IMG/VR virus record: IMGVR_UViG_3300032225_001248
Location: 1-26,382 of that record
Reading direction: 5' to 3' (one strand)
Source of the DNA: a virus
Lineage: Duplodnaviria; Caudoviricetes
Length of the DNA stretch: 26,382 nucleotides
Part shown: in pieces, positions 1-8,144 of the stretch
Position numbering within the stretch: position 1 is the stretch's first letter
How the letters are laid out: each line of letters begins with the position of its first letter
Notes under the pieces: generated by a model
Told to the model about the DNA's origin: nothing
Database searches by the model: none
What the model saw: only the letters and a program-made list of their open reading frames with translations
Program-made: the position numbers and the translations under genes

Positions 1-1775
1 ATACAATCGTTACCTTGAGCAACTTGAAGCATATCAAGCTCTTTGATAACTTGTCTTTCAATCTTCTTAGAAACTTTATCTGCTTTACCAATCTTTTCGG
101 AACGGCAATAATATAGAGTTTTAAGTCCTTTTTTCCATGCCATGAAATGTATGGCATGAAGATATTTAATATGGGCATCTGGTCTAAAGAATAAATTCAA
201 CGACTGTGCTTGGTCAATATATTGTTGACGGTCAGATGCTAATTCAATAACCCAACGTTGGTCAATTTCCATAGATGTTTTAAATACTGCTCTGTCATTT
301 TCATCCAACCATTCCAAATGTTGAACTGAACCATCATTAGCAATAATACTACTCCATACTTCATCCGACCATCCTTCAGGATGAATCTCTGCGTGTTTTT
401 GAATGATTTTGTCAAGCCAACGATTTTTATTTAAAAATGATCCCGATAGAGTGTCTTGACGGTATGCGTTAGCACGATAAGGCTCAATAGAAGGGCTAGT
501 ATTTCCCATAATGATAGACGAAGAAGCATTTGGAGCAATAGCCATAAGATGACTAAAACGCTGACCAGTACCCTCAGCATCGGGTGCTTCACCACGTTCC
601 ATACCGAGTTGTAAATTTGCTTCATTTAAACCCTCTCTAATTGTTTTAAAGATTTTATTATTAGCAACTTTAGCCATCACTCCTTCAAAAGCCACTCCCT
701 TTCGTTGTAGGTAAGCATGAAAGCCCAAAGCACCGATACCAATGCTGCGCTCACGCATGGCAGAATACCTTGCACGCTCAATGGTGGGAGGAGCATTATC
801 AATAAAATACTGAAGAACATTGTCGAGCATTTCAGCAACATCATGAAGAAATAACTTATTATCTTTCCATTCATCATAAGTCTCCAAGTTCAAACTAGAC
901 AAACAACACACAGCAGTGCGATGTTCGTTCGTTGGTAAAATAATTTCTGAACAAAGATTTGATTGATGTACTTTCAAACCTTTGTCTTTTAGAAATTGTG
1001 GCAGCATTCTATTACTTGTATCAATGAAGTGAATGTATGGTTCACCTGTGTGCATACGGAGTTCAATAATTTGTTGCCATAGATGTTTGGCTGATACCAC
1101 TTCACGGACTTCACCGGAGTTTGGATCTACCAATTTCCAATCATCATTTGCTTCCGAATCCAACATACATTTTTCAATAATTTCCATGAAATCATCTGTG
1201 ATATTAATACCATGATGTAAATTCAGGCAACGCACATTTGGGTCGCCTGTTGGTTTACGCATCTCTAAAAATGATATAATGTCGGGATGACTGATATCAA
1301 GATAAGCAGCATAACTTCCACGGCGAGTACGACCCTGACGGTAAGCAAGAGATGAAGCATCGTAAATTTTGAGGTGCGGCATAACGCCAGTACTTTTGTC
1401 GTCTGCACTACGTATACCAAAGCCAATACCAACACCACCGCCAAGCATAGAAAGCCAATTAGTTTCACTAAGATTATCAACTAGACCCTCCGCTGTATCT
1501 TCAATAAAGTTGAGAAAACAACTGATAGGCATTCCTCTTTTAGAGCGACCAAACGATAAGATTGGTGTTGAGTAGGAGAGCCAATGTTGTGATGAGTATT
1601 CATATAATCTTTGAGCATGCTCAGGGTTTGTTGAAAACGCTTTTGATACAAAGGCAAATCTGTGTTGTGGAGAAACTTCATCTTCTCGCATGTATGATTC
1701 TTGTAGTCTTTTGATTCCGAGTTCATCGAATAAACCATCTCTTTCTAAATCTATTTCTATTCCTAGATATTCCAT
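1..1775 (-). CDS. nrdA: Ribonucleotide reductase class I alpha subunit, short form without ATP cone (3' end just outside the window)
   Basis: Translated by hand from ATG at 1775 and open for 591 codons to the edge: MEYLGIEIDLERD..., PISCF, GGGVG, QGRTRRGS, QSNLCSEI (catalytic NxCxE), AVCCLSS, IAPNASSS, KTLYYCRS (YY pair), ending ...QGNDC at the start of the expected C-terminal CxxC. AAGGA SD upstream. Not in the ORF track because its stop lies outside the window. Confidence 0.97.
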   Translation of the reverse strand, partial: MEYLGIEIDLERDGLFDELGIKRLQESYMREDEVSPQHRFAFVSKAFSTNPEHAQRLYEYSSQHWLSYSTPILSFGRSKRGMPISCFLNFIEDTAEGLVDNLSETNWLSMLGGGVGIGFGIRSADDKSTGVMPHLKIYDASSLAYRQGRTRRGSYAAYLDISHPDIISFLEMRKPTGDPNVRCLNLHHGINITDDFMEIIEKCMLDSEANDDWKLVDPNSGEVREVVSAKHLWQQIIELRMHTGEPYIHFIDTSNRMLPQFLKDKGLKVHQSNLCSEIILPTNEHRTAVCCLSSLNLETYDEWKDNKLFLHDVAEMLDNVLQYFIDNAPPTIERARYSAMRERSIGIGALGFHAYLQRKGVAFEGVMAKVANNKIFKTIREGLNEANLQLGMERGEAPDAEGTGQRFSHLMAIAPNASSSIIMGNTSPSIEPYRANAYRQDTLSGSFLNKNRWLDKIIQKHAEIHPEGWSDEVWSSIIANDGSVQHLEWLDENDRAVFKTSMEIDQRWVIELASDRQQYIDQAQSLNLFFRPDAHIKYLHAIHFMAWKKGLKTLYYCRSEKIGKADKVSKKIERQVIKELDMLQVAQGNDC

Positions 1776-1786
1776 ATTTTTCCTTA

Positions 1787-2146
1787 TTATTTTCTCAGAA
1801 TACTTATAATATCTGGTGGTGTCCATCCTTCTGGTTTAAGGACTTTACCGTCTTCTCTTTTTAAAACTTTACCATTTTCTGAAATCTTGGCTAAGTTACT
1901 TCTTGCAACTTCATCCCAAACTTCTTGTTGTGGAATGTTTAATGTGTGTTCCAAACCTTCAATCACCCATTTAAGGTCAGCACAAGCATCAGCAATCTCT
2001 ACTATGTTTCTTGTGCCAAATGCATATATCAATTCTTTATATTCTTCCATAATAAGATTTACATAAAGATTTGCCTGAGCACCAAAATCATTTGCATTTT
2101 GGTCACAAGCTTCCATAAAAGTTTTTACATCATTTTTACTGTTCAT
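1787..2146 (-). CDS. All-alpha MazG-like NTP pyrophosphohydrolase (DR2231-type, probable dUTPase)
   Basis: EEYKE...EIADACAD acidic metal motif and a C-terminal SNLAK...REDGKVLKPEGW segment typical of DR2231-like enzymes; lies between thyX and nrdA. Confidence 0.85.
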   Translation of the reverse strand: MNSKNDVKTFMEACDQNANDFGAQANLYVNLIMEEYKELIYAFGTRNIVEIADACADLKWVIEGLEHTLNIPQQEVWDEVARSNLAKISENGKVLKREDGKVLKPEGWTPPDIISILRK

Positions 2147-2783
2147 GTATGAATTCTCCCATCATTGGAAATATTTCTTCGATTGCATGACCACATAAAA
2201 CAGCAACTGCTCTATGTTCTTCTTGTGTTCCCTTTTCTGTTCGGAGTTGTATATAGTGAACCCAAGAACGCAGTGTTCCATTCATATATAAACGTGATTT
2301 GGTCATACCTTCTGGTAATACTGCTCTCGCCTGTTCTTTAGCAATACCATTTGTAATAGCCCAATCATATGCTTCTTTTGCTTTATTGGCAACACCATTT
2401 TGGTAATTTTCCCACCAAGTTTGCAATGCTAGATTATCAGTTTTAGTACTATTCTGTCTATTCTTCAAATCTTGCATCCTCACTTCTTTCAATTCAAAAC
2501 CCAAATCAGCGACTGCATATCGTTGACTAAATTCCTGAAAAGAAAAGGAACGGTGGCGTAATATCTGCCTTGCTATATCTCTTGTTGTTTCTATCTCCAT
2601 ACAAACGTTCACCATTTCTAGTGGTGACCAATGTTGGTTTTTGATAAGATAACGAACCAACTTTTCAGCTGTGTCGTTATTATTTTGATTTGCGGGATTT
2701 GAAACCCTAGCTGCGTAAGCAACTTGTTCCAATAAACTTCTTCCCTCTCTGTCTTGTGTGTATGATATAAGTTTAACGTGCAT
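2136..2783 (-). CDS. thyX: Flavin-dependent thymidylate synthase
   Basis: HWSPLE, RQILRHRSFSFQEFSQRY (RHRx7S signature), EQARAVLP, LR...TQEEHR. Confidence 0.97.
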   Translation of the reverse strand: MHVKLISYTQDREGRSLLEQVAYAARVSNPANQNNNDTAEKLVRYLIKNQHWSPLEMVNVCMEIETTRDIARQILRHRSFSFQEFSQRYAVADLGFELKEVRMQDLKNRQNSTKTDNLALQTWWENYQNGVANKAKEAYDWAITNGIAKEQARAVLPEGMTKSRLYMNGTLRSWVHYIQLRTEKGTQEEHRAVAVLCGHAIEEIFPMMGEFIHEQ

Positions 2784-2795
2784 TCACTTTCTCCA

Positions 2796-3809
2796 TTATG
2801 TTTTTTTCCAATTGATAAATTCCATCTTTGCTCTTAAATTAACAAAGGTATTTTTACTTATAAAATCTTGTATTTCATCAGGTGAGAAGCCACCATCCAA
2901 GACCATTTCATTCACATCTTTTTCTTTGATGATATCTGGCCAAATCACAACATTATAATGTTCTTCAATTGCCTTCTCCATCTGTTTATGTAGTTCTTTG
3001 TTCCGAGGTTCATTATCATATATCAAAACTATTTGTGATTTGTCGAATAATCTGGATGCTGCCATCAGGTTTGAATCGGCAGTAGCCACAGCGTTCTCCA
3101 GGAACATGGAGTCAATAGGACCTTCCAGAACATAGATAGTCTTCTCCTTGTCGATCCTATCAAGGCCGAAGACCTTATAATTATCTTTGTCAATCTTAAC
3201 TGTGATATATCTTAACTTAGATTCACCCAAGGCACGACCTTGAAAGGCTACGAGATTTTTATCTTCATCATAGAATGGAATTACAAGCCTCGGATCGTCC
3301 TCTTTAAGTCCTTCTTTTTCAATCTGTAGGGAATCCACGAAACCCTTGAAATCTTCTGCAAAGTATAACTCCGAATGAAATTCCTCGGGTATCTTGCGTG
3401 ACTCAACATACACTTTAGCATAATGTTCTTTTGGTAAAGACTTGATTGACGGGATGCCCAAAGTTTTCTTAAACTTCGGTAATTCAGTCTTAAATTCTTC
3501 AAAGTTTGGTTTGGCATAGTTATTTCCACCGGCTGAATCCTTATAACGTTCTAATGAATATTCTTTACATAATGTTGGATCAACTTTATCTAAAAAGTTG
3601 TAAAATGATGTGGATGCACCACAATTGTGGCACATGTAAAAATAGTTGTTCTTTTTTTCGTAAATATATCCACGTGACTTAGATTTATTTTTTTGTGAAT
3701 CGCCACAGAGAGGGCACCTGAAATTATACAGGTCCTCTTTTTTCTGTGTGAATTTTTGAAGCTTCGGTGATACCCTCAGCAAAAAGGTTCTATCAATAAA
3801 AACTGACAT
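2796..3809 (-). CDS. 61: T4-like DNA primase (gp61)
   Basis: Zinc ribbon CPLCGDS...CHNC, FQGRAL, TOPRIM motifs EGPIDS, YDNEPRN and KDVNE; 337 aa as in T4-like primases. Confidence 0.95.
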   Translation of the reverse strand: MSVFIDRTFLLRVSPKLQKFTQKKEDLYNFRCPLCGDSQKNKSKSRGYIYEKKNNYFYMCHNCGASTSFYNFLDKVDPTLCKEYSLERYKDSAGGNNYAKPNFEEFKTELPKFKKTLGIPSIKSLPKEHYAKVYVESRKIPEEFHSELYFAEDFKGFVDSLQIEKEGLKEDDPRLVIPFYDEDKNLVAFQGRALGESKLRYITVKIDKDNYKVFGLDRIDKEKTIYVLEGPIDSMFLENAVATADSNLMAASRLFDKSQIVLIYDNEPRNKELHKQMEKAIEEHYNVVIWPDIIKEKDVNEMVLDGGFSPDEIQDFISKNTFVNLRAKMEFINWKKT

Positions 3810-3870
3810 AATAAATTGTTGTAAAGTTTACAAGAAACTCTATTATACAACAATTATTTGAAAAAGGCGA
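3810..3870 (-). promoter_or_regulatory. Primase leader: sigma70-like -10 box embedded in an inverted repeat covering the translation start region
   Basis: TATAAT at 3842-3847 (minus), weak -35 TCGCCT at 3865-3870 with a 17-nt spacer; perfect 10-bp inverted repeat 3814-3823/3846-3855 plus inner 5-bp stem 3825-3829/3835-3839. Confidence 0.55.
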
Positions 3871-4159
3871 GTATTTTATCCATGTGGCCAGAAAATATTC
3901 CAGCCATTGATACAGCACCGGCAACCATCCATGTGGTTCTCTCACGGATTTTTTCTAAGCCACTTATCTTTTTGGCAAGTTCGGCGTGTTGAGTACAAGA
4001 TACATCATACATTTCATCAAGTTTAATTTTTAAGTCATCACGTGTCCTGTCTAGACAATCGTGCATATCCCTAACATCAACTTTTAATTCATCCATTTTC
4101 TCATTAAGATTTTCAACCTTGGTCTCAACAATACCAAGTCGTTCTACAGTTGTTGCCAT
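3854..4159 (-). CDS. Coiled-coil protein with C-terminal membrane anchor (holin/XhlA-like candidate)
   Basis: Heptad-rich N-terminal 75 aa followed by hydrophobic WMVAGAVSMAGIF; last gene of the lysis run. Confidence 0.6.
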   Translation of the reverse strand: MATTVERLGIVETKVENLNEKMDELKVDVRDMHDCLDRTRDDLKIKLDEMYDVSCTQHAELAKKISGLEKIRERTTWMVAGAVSMAGIFSGHMDKILAFFK

Positions 4160-4360
4160 TTACTTTTTCACAGGAACTTCTGTGCCTTCTAGTTTCTTGT
4201 GAACCTTGATTGTTTTGCAATCTTGTGCTGGTTTGCCGGTCTTTTTATCCATAACTGGTTTACCGTCTTTACCAACTTTGTCATGGCAAACTTCTTTTGT
4301 CTCAGCAGCAAATACTGTTGAAGTTAATGTAATTAATAGTACTGTTAATAATTTTTTCAT
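4160..4360 (-). CDS. Small secreted basic protein with two Cys
   Basis: Sec signal peptide MKKLLTVLLITLTSTVFA|A; abuts both neighbours with zero gap. Confidence 0.75.
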   Translation of the reverse strand: MKKLLTVLLITLTSTVFAAETKEVCHDKVGKDGKPVMDKKTGKPAQDCKTIKVHKKLEGTEVPVKK

Positions 4361-4819
4361 TTAAATCTCCGGTTGTGGTGCTGGGGCTGGTGCTAATTTA
4401 CCACCAAAACCTGCTACTACTGCTGGCGTTGGTGTAACAACTGGACTAACCGGAGTTGTTGCAGGTACGTTAGGTGTTGTTGGCATGCTTGGTAGCAAGG
4501 ATGGTTCATTCTTTGGTGCTGGTGATACTGTTGGTGGTTTATTTGCTGCATCTAAGGCCTTTGCTCTTAAATCTTTATCATTACCAGCTAACATGATACC
4601 AGATAAAGTACCAGTTAAGAATGTTGCGATTGGAATAATTAACTCAAAGAACTTTTGGTCAATCGGTGAGATTGCGTTCAATGGTTGTGTTACAAAGATA
4701 ATTGAATAAAGAACAACAAAAACAATACCTGTCAATGTTAATGCTAAACAAATACCAATGAAAAACTTCAGTCGAGCCATCAACTGTTCTTCGGTGTACA
4801 TAAATTGATTATTTTCCAC
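4361..4819 (-). CDS. Two-TM membrane protein with Pro/Thr-rich tail (holin candidate)
   Basis: TM1 FFIGICLALTLTGIVFVVLYSIIFV, TM2 LIIPIATFLTGTLSGIML; low-complexity C-terminus; close to the endolysin. Confidence 0.65.
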   Translation of the reverse strand: MENNQFMYTEEQLMARLKFFIGICLALTLTGIVFVVLYSIIFVTQPLNAISPIDQKFFELIIPIATFLTGTLSGIMLAGNDKDLRAKALDAANKPPTVSPAPKNEPSLLPSMPTTPNVPATTPVSPVVTPTPAVVAGFGGKLAPAPAPQPEI

Positions 4820-5105
4820 AATTTGCTCCTTGCTGTGACTGCGGACAAACCGCTGGTTTTAATTGTTGTTCTGCTAATATATTCTGAGCTTCTTTTGGAG
4901 GACCTAATCTTGGATCTCTCTGACCTTTGAAGATATGTTCAGGACAAGTTCTTGTTACATCACATACAGGAAATTTACAAAAATCTTTATCCCAATTTTT
5001 TGGATCTTGACAAGGATAACGGAATCTATCGCCACCAAAAAATGCTAATGTTAGTGGTAATATCAATAACCCAATTGCAACTAAAAATAGTTTTTTATCT
5101 TGCAT
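4809..5105 (-). CDS. Membrane-anchored/secreted small four-Cys domain protein
   Basis: N-terminal hydrophobic helix, then DRFRYPCQDPKNWDKDFCKFPVCDVTRTCP. Confidence 0.7.
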   Translation of the reverse strand: MQDKKLFLVAIGLLILPLTLAFFGGDRFRYPCQDPKNWDKDFCKFPVCDVTRTCPEHIFKGQRDPRLGPPKEAQNILAEQQLKPAVCPQSQQGANCGK

Positions 5106-5107
5106 AA

Positions 5108-5731
5108 TTAAACTCCTAAAACATGAAGTGCATGTTCGTAGTGTTTAATACGGTCTTCAAGACCAATTGTACCACCATTGATACGTTTTGTTAATGTGAG
5201 TATATCACCTTTGTCTGCCCATTGGTTTAGATTATTTGATTCCCAAAACCAACATGCAGATTGTGCTGCGCCTTCAAAAGTGGCCAAATAATCAGATGCT
5301 TCTTCTGGTGTAATTTGTAAAGAGTCGGCAAATGCAACATAGTTTGATTTACCCGTCAACTGAATTAGACCACGACCACAATATTTGTATCCATCACCTG
5401 ATGCTTCGTCACCATTACCCATACGATTAGCATAGATTCTACTAGCAATCGCTTCCTGTTTGTTTGGTTTGGCACAATATTCATTTGCCAATTCATCGGT
5501 TGGGAAATACTTACCAAACAACTTACGTAATGTTGCTGGTTTATAATTTAAGTTTTCTTTTAATGCTGTAAAACCACCAGATTCATGAGCACATTGTGCC
5601 ATGAATGCAGCAATACGTTGTGGTGTATTGATTTCATAATCCGGTAATAATTGAGATAAGGCATGGTGCCAGTAATCAATATATGGATTTTTTGGAAGTA
5701 ATTGTTTTAATTGTTCTTTTGTCAGTTCCAT
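5108..5731 (-). CDS. Endolysin, glycoside hydrolase family 19
   Basis: AQCAHESGGF, ENLNY, YANRMGNG, GRGLIQLTGKSNY, TKRINGG motifs. Confidence 0.93.
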   Translation of the reverse strand: MELTKEQLKQLLPKNPYIDYWHHALSQLLPDYEINTPQRIAAFMAQCAHESGGFTALKENLNYKPATLRKLFGKYFPTDELANEYCAKPNKQEAIASRIYANRMGNGDEASGDGYKYCGRGLIQLTGKSNYVAFADSLQITPEEASDYLATFEGAAQSACWFWESNNLNQWADKGDILTLTKRINGGTIGLEDRIKHYEHALHVLGV

Positions 5732-5739
5732 AATATCCC

Positions 5740-6063
5740 CTAAACAGTAAAACTGCTACCACAACCACATGTGTGTTTAGCATTTGGATTTGTTATAACA
5801 AATTCTTTTGTCATCAATTCATCTTTATAATCAATACTAGCACCTTGTAGATATTGCATACTCATAGCATCAACTAATACTTTAAATTCACCTAATGATA
5901 CTTCAAAGTCATCTTCATTTTTAATTTCATCTAGTGTAAAACCATAATTAAAACCAGAACAACCACCACCTTGAACAAAAGTTCTAAGTGAGATATTCGG
6001 ATTATTTTCTTCCGCTAGTATGTCTAAAATCTTAGACTTTGCAGCACTTGTTATTGTAATCAT
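5740..6063 (-). CDS. erpA: A-type Fe-S carrier (IscA/ErpA, HesB family)
   Basis: GGGCSGF and NPNA...CGCGSSF with all three Cys; the sequence looks ErpA-like but iscA cannot be excluded. Confidence 0.9.
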   Translation of the reverse strand: MITITSAAKSKILDILAEENNPNISLRTFVQGGGCSGFNYGFTLDEIKNEDDFEVSLGEFKVLVDAMSMQYLQGASIDYKDELMTKEFVITNPNAKHTCGCGSSFTV

Positions 6064-6415
6064 TTATAGCGGCCTTTATAGCATCTTCTGCAAGTATTGA
6101 ACAATGTATTTTAACCGGTGGGAGGGCAAGTTCTTCAGCAATTTCTGAATTACTAATTTTTCTCGCTTGGTTAAGTGTTTTTCCTTTGATCCATTCGGTA
6201 ACAAGGCTTGAACTTGCTATTGCTGAACCACATCCGTATGTTTTGAATTTTGCATCTTTTATTATTCCATCTTCTACTTTAATTTGAAGTTTCATAACAT
6301 CTCCGCAAGCAGGTGCGCCGACCATACCAGTACCAATGGTATCATCAATAATACTAAAACTACCCACATTCCGGGGGTTTTCATAATGGTCAAGCACTTG
6401 TTGAGAGTAAGCCAT
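6032..6415 (-). CDS. iscU: Fe-S cluster scaffold IscU
   Basis: [18 protein letters not shown], [25 protein letters not shown] (HscA-binding motif), IHCS. Confidence 0.97.
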   Translation of the reverse strand: MAYSQQVLDHYENPRNVGSFSIIDDTIGTGMVGAPACGDVMKLQIKVEDGIIKDAKFKTYGCGSAIASSSLVTEWIKGKTLNQARKISNSEIAEELALPPVKIHCSILAEDAIKAAINDYNNKCCKV

Positions 6416-6462
6416 TATTTTTTATGGCTTCCACCACAAATTGGACATTCTTCTTTGTTCAT
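6415..6462 (-). CDS. 15-aa micro-ORF MNKEECPICGGSHKK
   Basis: ATG overlaps the upstream o-spanin stop (ATGA, 6462-6459) and its TAA overlaps the iscU start (TAATG, 6417-6413); it fills the gap exactly and carries CxxC-x3-H. Confidence 0.6.
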   Translation of the reverse strand: MNKEECPICGGSHKK

Positions 6463-6716
6463 TTTACACTTTCAAAAATGTGTTTTTGTATTTTATACCA
6501 TTCAATCCATGCATCATTTTTCACAGCACAATCATAATATGTAGAATAATTTATTGTTATTGTTGTAGCAATATCACTAAGTTTTGAATCTTCTTTTAAT
6601 AATTGTAATTGAGGACAAGACTGTAATGAGTATTTAGGTGCTTCAGGAAATTTAGCCGTAACAGGAACTGTAGTGGAACACCCAACTAACATTAATACTA
6701 ATAATAAGTACTTCAT
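6459..6716 (-). CDS. Outer-membrane spanin (Rz1-like lipoprotein)
   Basis: Lipobox LVGC after a short signal peptide, Pro-rich start, NY..Y..C helix; overlaps the upstream Rz-like gene by ATGA. Confidence 0.8.
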   Translation of the reverse strand: MKYLLLVLMLVGCSTTVPVTAKFPEAPKYSLQSCPQLQLLKEDSKLSDIATTITINYSTYYDCAVKNDAWIEWYKIQKHIFESVK

Positions 6717-7159
6717 TTTGTTGCTGCCTTATTAATTACTTCAATGAATTCTTTTGGTATTTCACATTCACCACCAGGAGCAAATTTTGTGTCATATTTA
6801 ACAACTTCACGGTCTATGTACTGTTTAACAATAACTTGCTTTTGAACAATTTTTTCTTTTGCTTGTTCCACTTTGTTATTTATTTGTACATTGGCTTCCC
6901 TAGACTGTTCTTCTGCCTTAGCAACTTTGGCTTCCATTTCTTTAACACGGTCTTCCCATGCTCGATTGTCATAAATGGCACCAGACATAAATGTACCAAA
7001 AACAATAGCCAATACTGAACCAATCTGTATCGGTTTACGATACATGTATATAAAAGGTATTGGAATGTATTTGAAAAGATATGTTGTAGTGAATCCTATC
7101 AACCCAACGAGGAAGATTCCGTAAAATATCCAGTCAGGCAGAAATTTTAAAATCCACAT
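6713..7159 (-). CDS. Inner-membrane spanin (Rz-like)
   Basis: N-terminal hydrophobic segments, long coiled coil (WEDRVKEMEAKVAKAEEQS...), single C-terminal Cys; paired with a lipoprotein. Confidence 0.75.
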   Translation of the reverse strand: MWILKFLPDWIFYGIFLVGLIGFTTTYLFKYIPIPFIYMYRKPIQIGSVLAIVFGTFMSGAIYDNRAWEDRVKEMEAKVAKAEEQSREANVQINNKVEQAKEKIVQKQVIVKQYIDREVVKYDTKFAPGGECEIPKEFIEVINKAATK

Positions 7160-7160
7160 T

Positions 7161-8144
7161 TTACATCTTTGGTTGTTTACGATTTAAAAATGACATTACT
7201 GGATTTCTTTTTTTCGATACACCAGGTTCACCGCCTTTGCCACCGGATCCAGCAATGTTTCCACCGCCGACATTATTAACAGGAACACCACCGGCAGCCA
7301 TGCCATCTTCTTTTACAACTTCTTCTGTACGCCAGCCACCACCCATAGATTTATATTTTTTTGATGCCCAGCCATTGGCATATGCTGATGGATATACTGC
7401 GAATTTGGATTTGGCTGCAGCCTTTGCTTTTGCCCATTTTTCTGGACTAGTTGGAACATTTTTCTCATCAATTTGTTCAACTTCTTCTGGTACACAATTT
7501 GGTACCATACGATTACCTTTTTTCTTCATGCCTTTAGCTGTGTATCCTGTCCAACAGGCTTCATCCACTTCTTTTTTCCTTTGAGCATTACTTTTTCTCA
7601 TAGGACTATCTGGATTTTTATATGGAGTTTTTCTGAATCCATCTGAATCATAATTGCCGGATTTCTTTTTTGCAATTGCTGTTGCTGCGGCTATAGCAGC
7701 AGCTGCACTTTCTGTTCTTACATTAATTGGTGCACCACGGCGTTCTGGATTTGGATCTTCTCTACGTTTTCTTTGAGCAGCAGATGCACGACCTTCTTTA
7801 CCTAATGCATGTGCTTTGGCTTGAGGTAAACACTTTGGTTTGCCTTCACCTGGATCTCTTGCGCAATGGCCTTTAATATTACCTTTGGTGTCCATGCGAA
7901 CCCATTTTTGTTTGAACCATTTACGCAAATCTTCATTGATAGATTCTTCATCTTCTTTGATGTTCTTTTTGGCCAAGTCCATTGTGATACCCTTAGCAAC
8001 AGCAGCACCGTGGCCACCTTCACGAGCACCTTGTTCGTAATACTCTTTTGTTTTATCTGTCAAATGTTTTTTTTGACGAGCAATTTCTTCCGAATCTTGT
8101 TTTTTTGTGGCTTCTGGACCTAAAAAGTCTTTAAATGATTTCAT
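7161..8144 (-). CDS. Putative internal head polyprotein made of basic modules
   Basis: N-terminus MKSFKDFLGPE resembles the T4 capsid-targeting sequence; Lys/Arg-rich modules are separated by INE, RTE, VDE, IDE, VKE sites. Confidence 0.7.
   Translation of the reverse strand: MKSFKDFLGPEATKKQDSEEIARQKKHLTDKTKEYYEQGAREGGHGAAVAKGITMDLAKKNIKEDEESINEDLRKWFKQKWVRMDTKGNIKGHCARDPGEGKPKCLPQAKAHALGKEGRASAAQRKRREDPNPERRGAPINVRTESAAAAIAAATAIAKKKSGNYDSDGFRKTPYKNPDSPMRKSNAQRKKEVDEACWTGYTAKGMKKKGNRMVPNCVPEEVEQIDEKNVPTSPEKWAKAKAAAKSKFAVYPSAYANGWASKKYKSMGGGWRTEEVVKEDGMAAGGVPVNNVGGGNIAGSGGKGGEPGVSKKRNPVMSFLNRKQPKM

Noticed and set aside
431-1738. Short ORFs 431-625, 677-877, 1033-1215, 1265-1480, 1369-1575 and 1481-1738 suggesting a fragmented gene or recoded genome
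   Set aside because: All are alternate-frame or antisense shadows of the continuous nrdA frame, which has no internal stop, intron or intein.
4809-5105. Lipoprotein call for the four-Cys protein
   Set aside because: No Cys follows the hydrophobic segment (LAFFGG-DRF), so there is no lipobox.
6061-6068. Late promoter-like TATAAATG at the erpA/iscA start
   Set aside because: It mismatches the conserved last base and includes the start codon itself, so it could not produce a translatable transcript for this gene.
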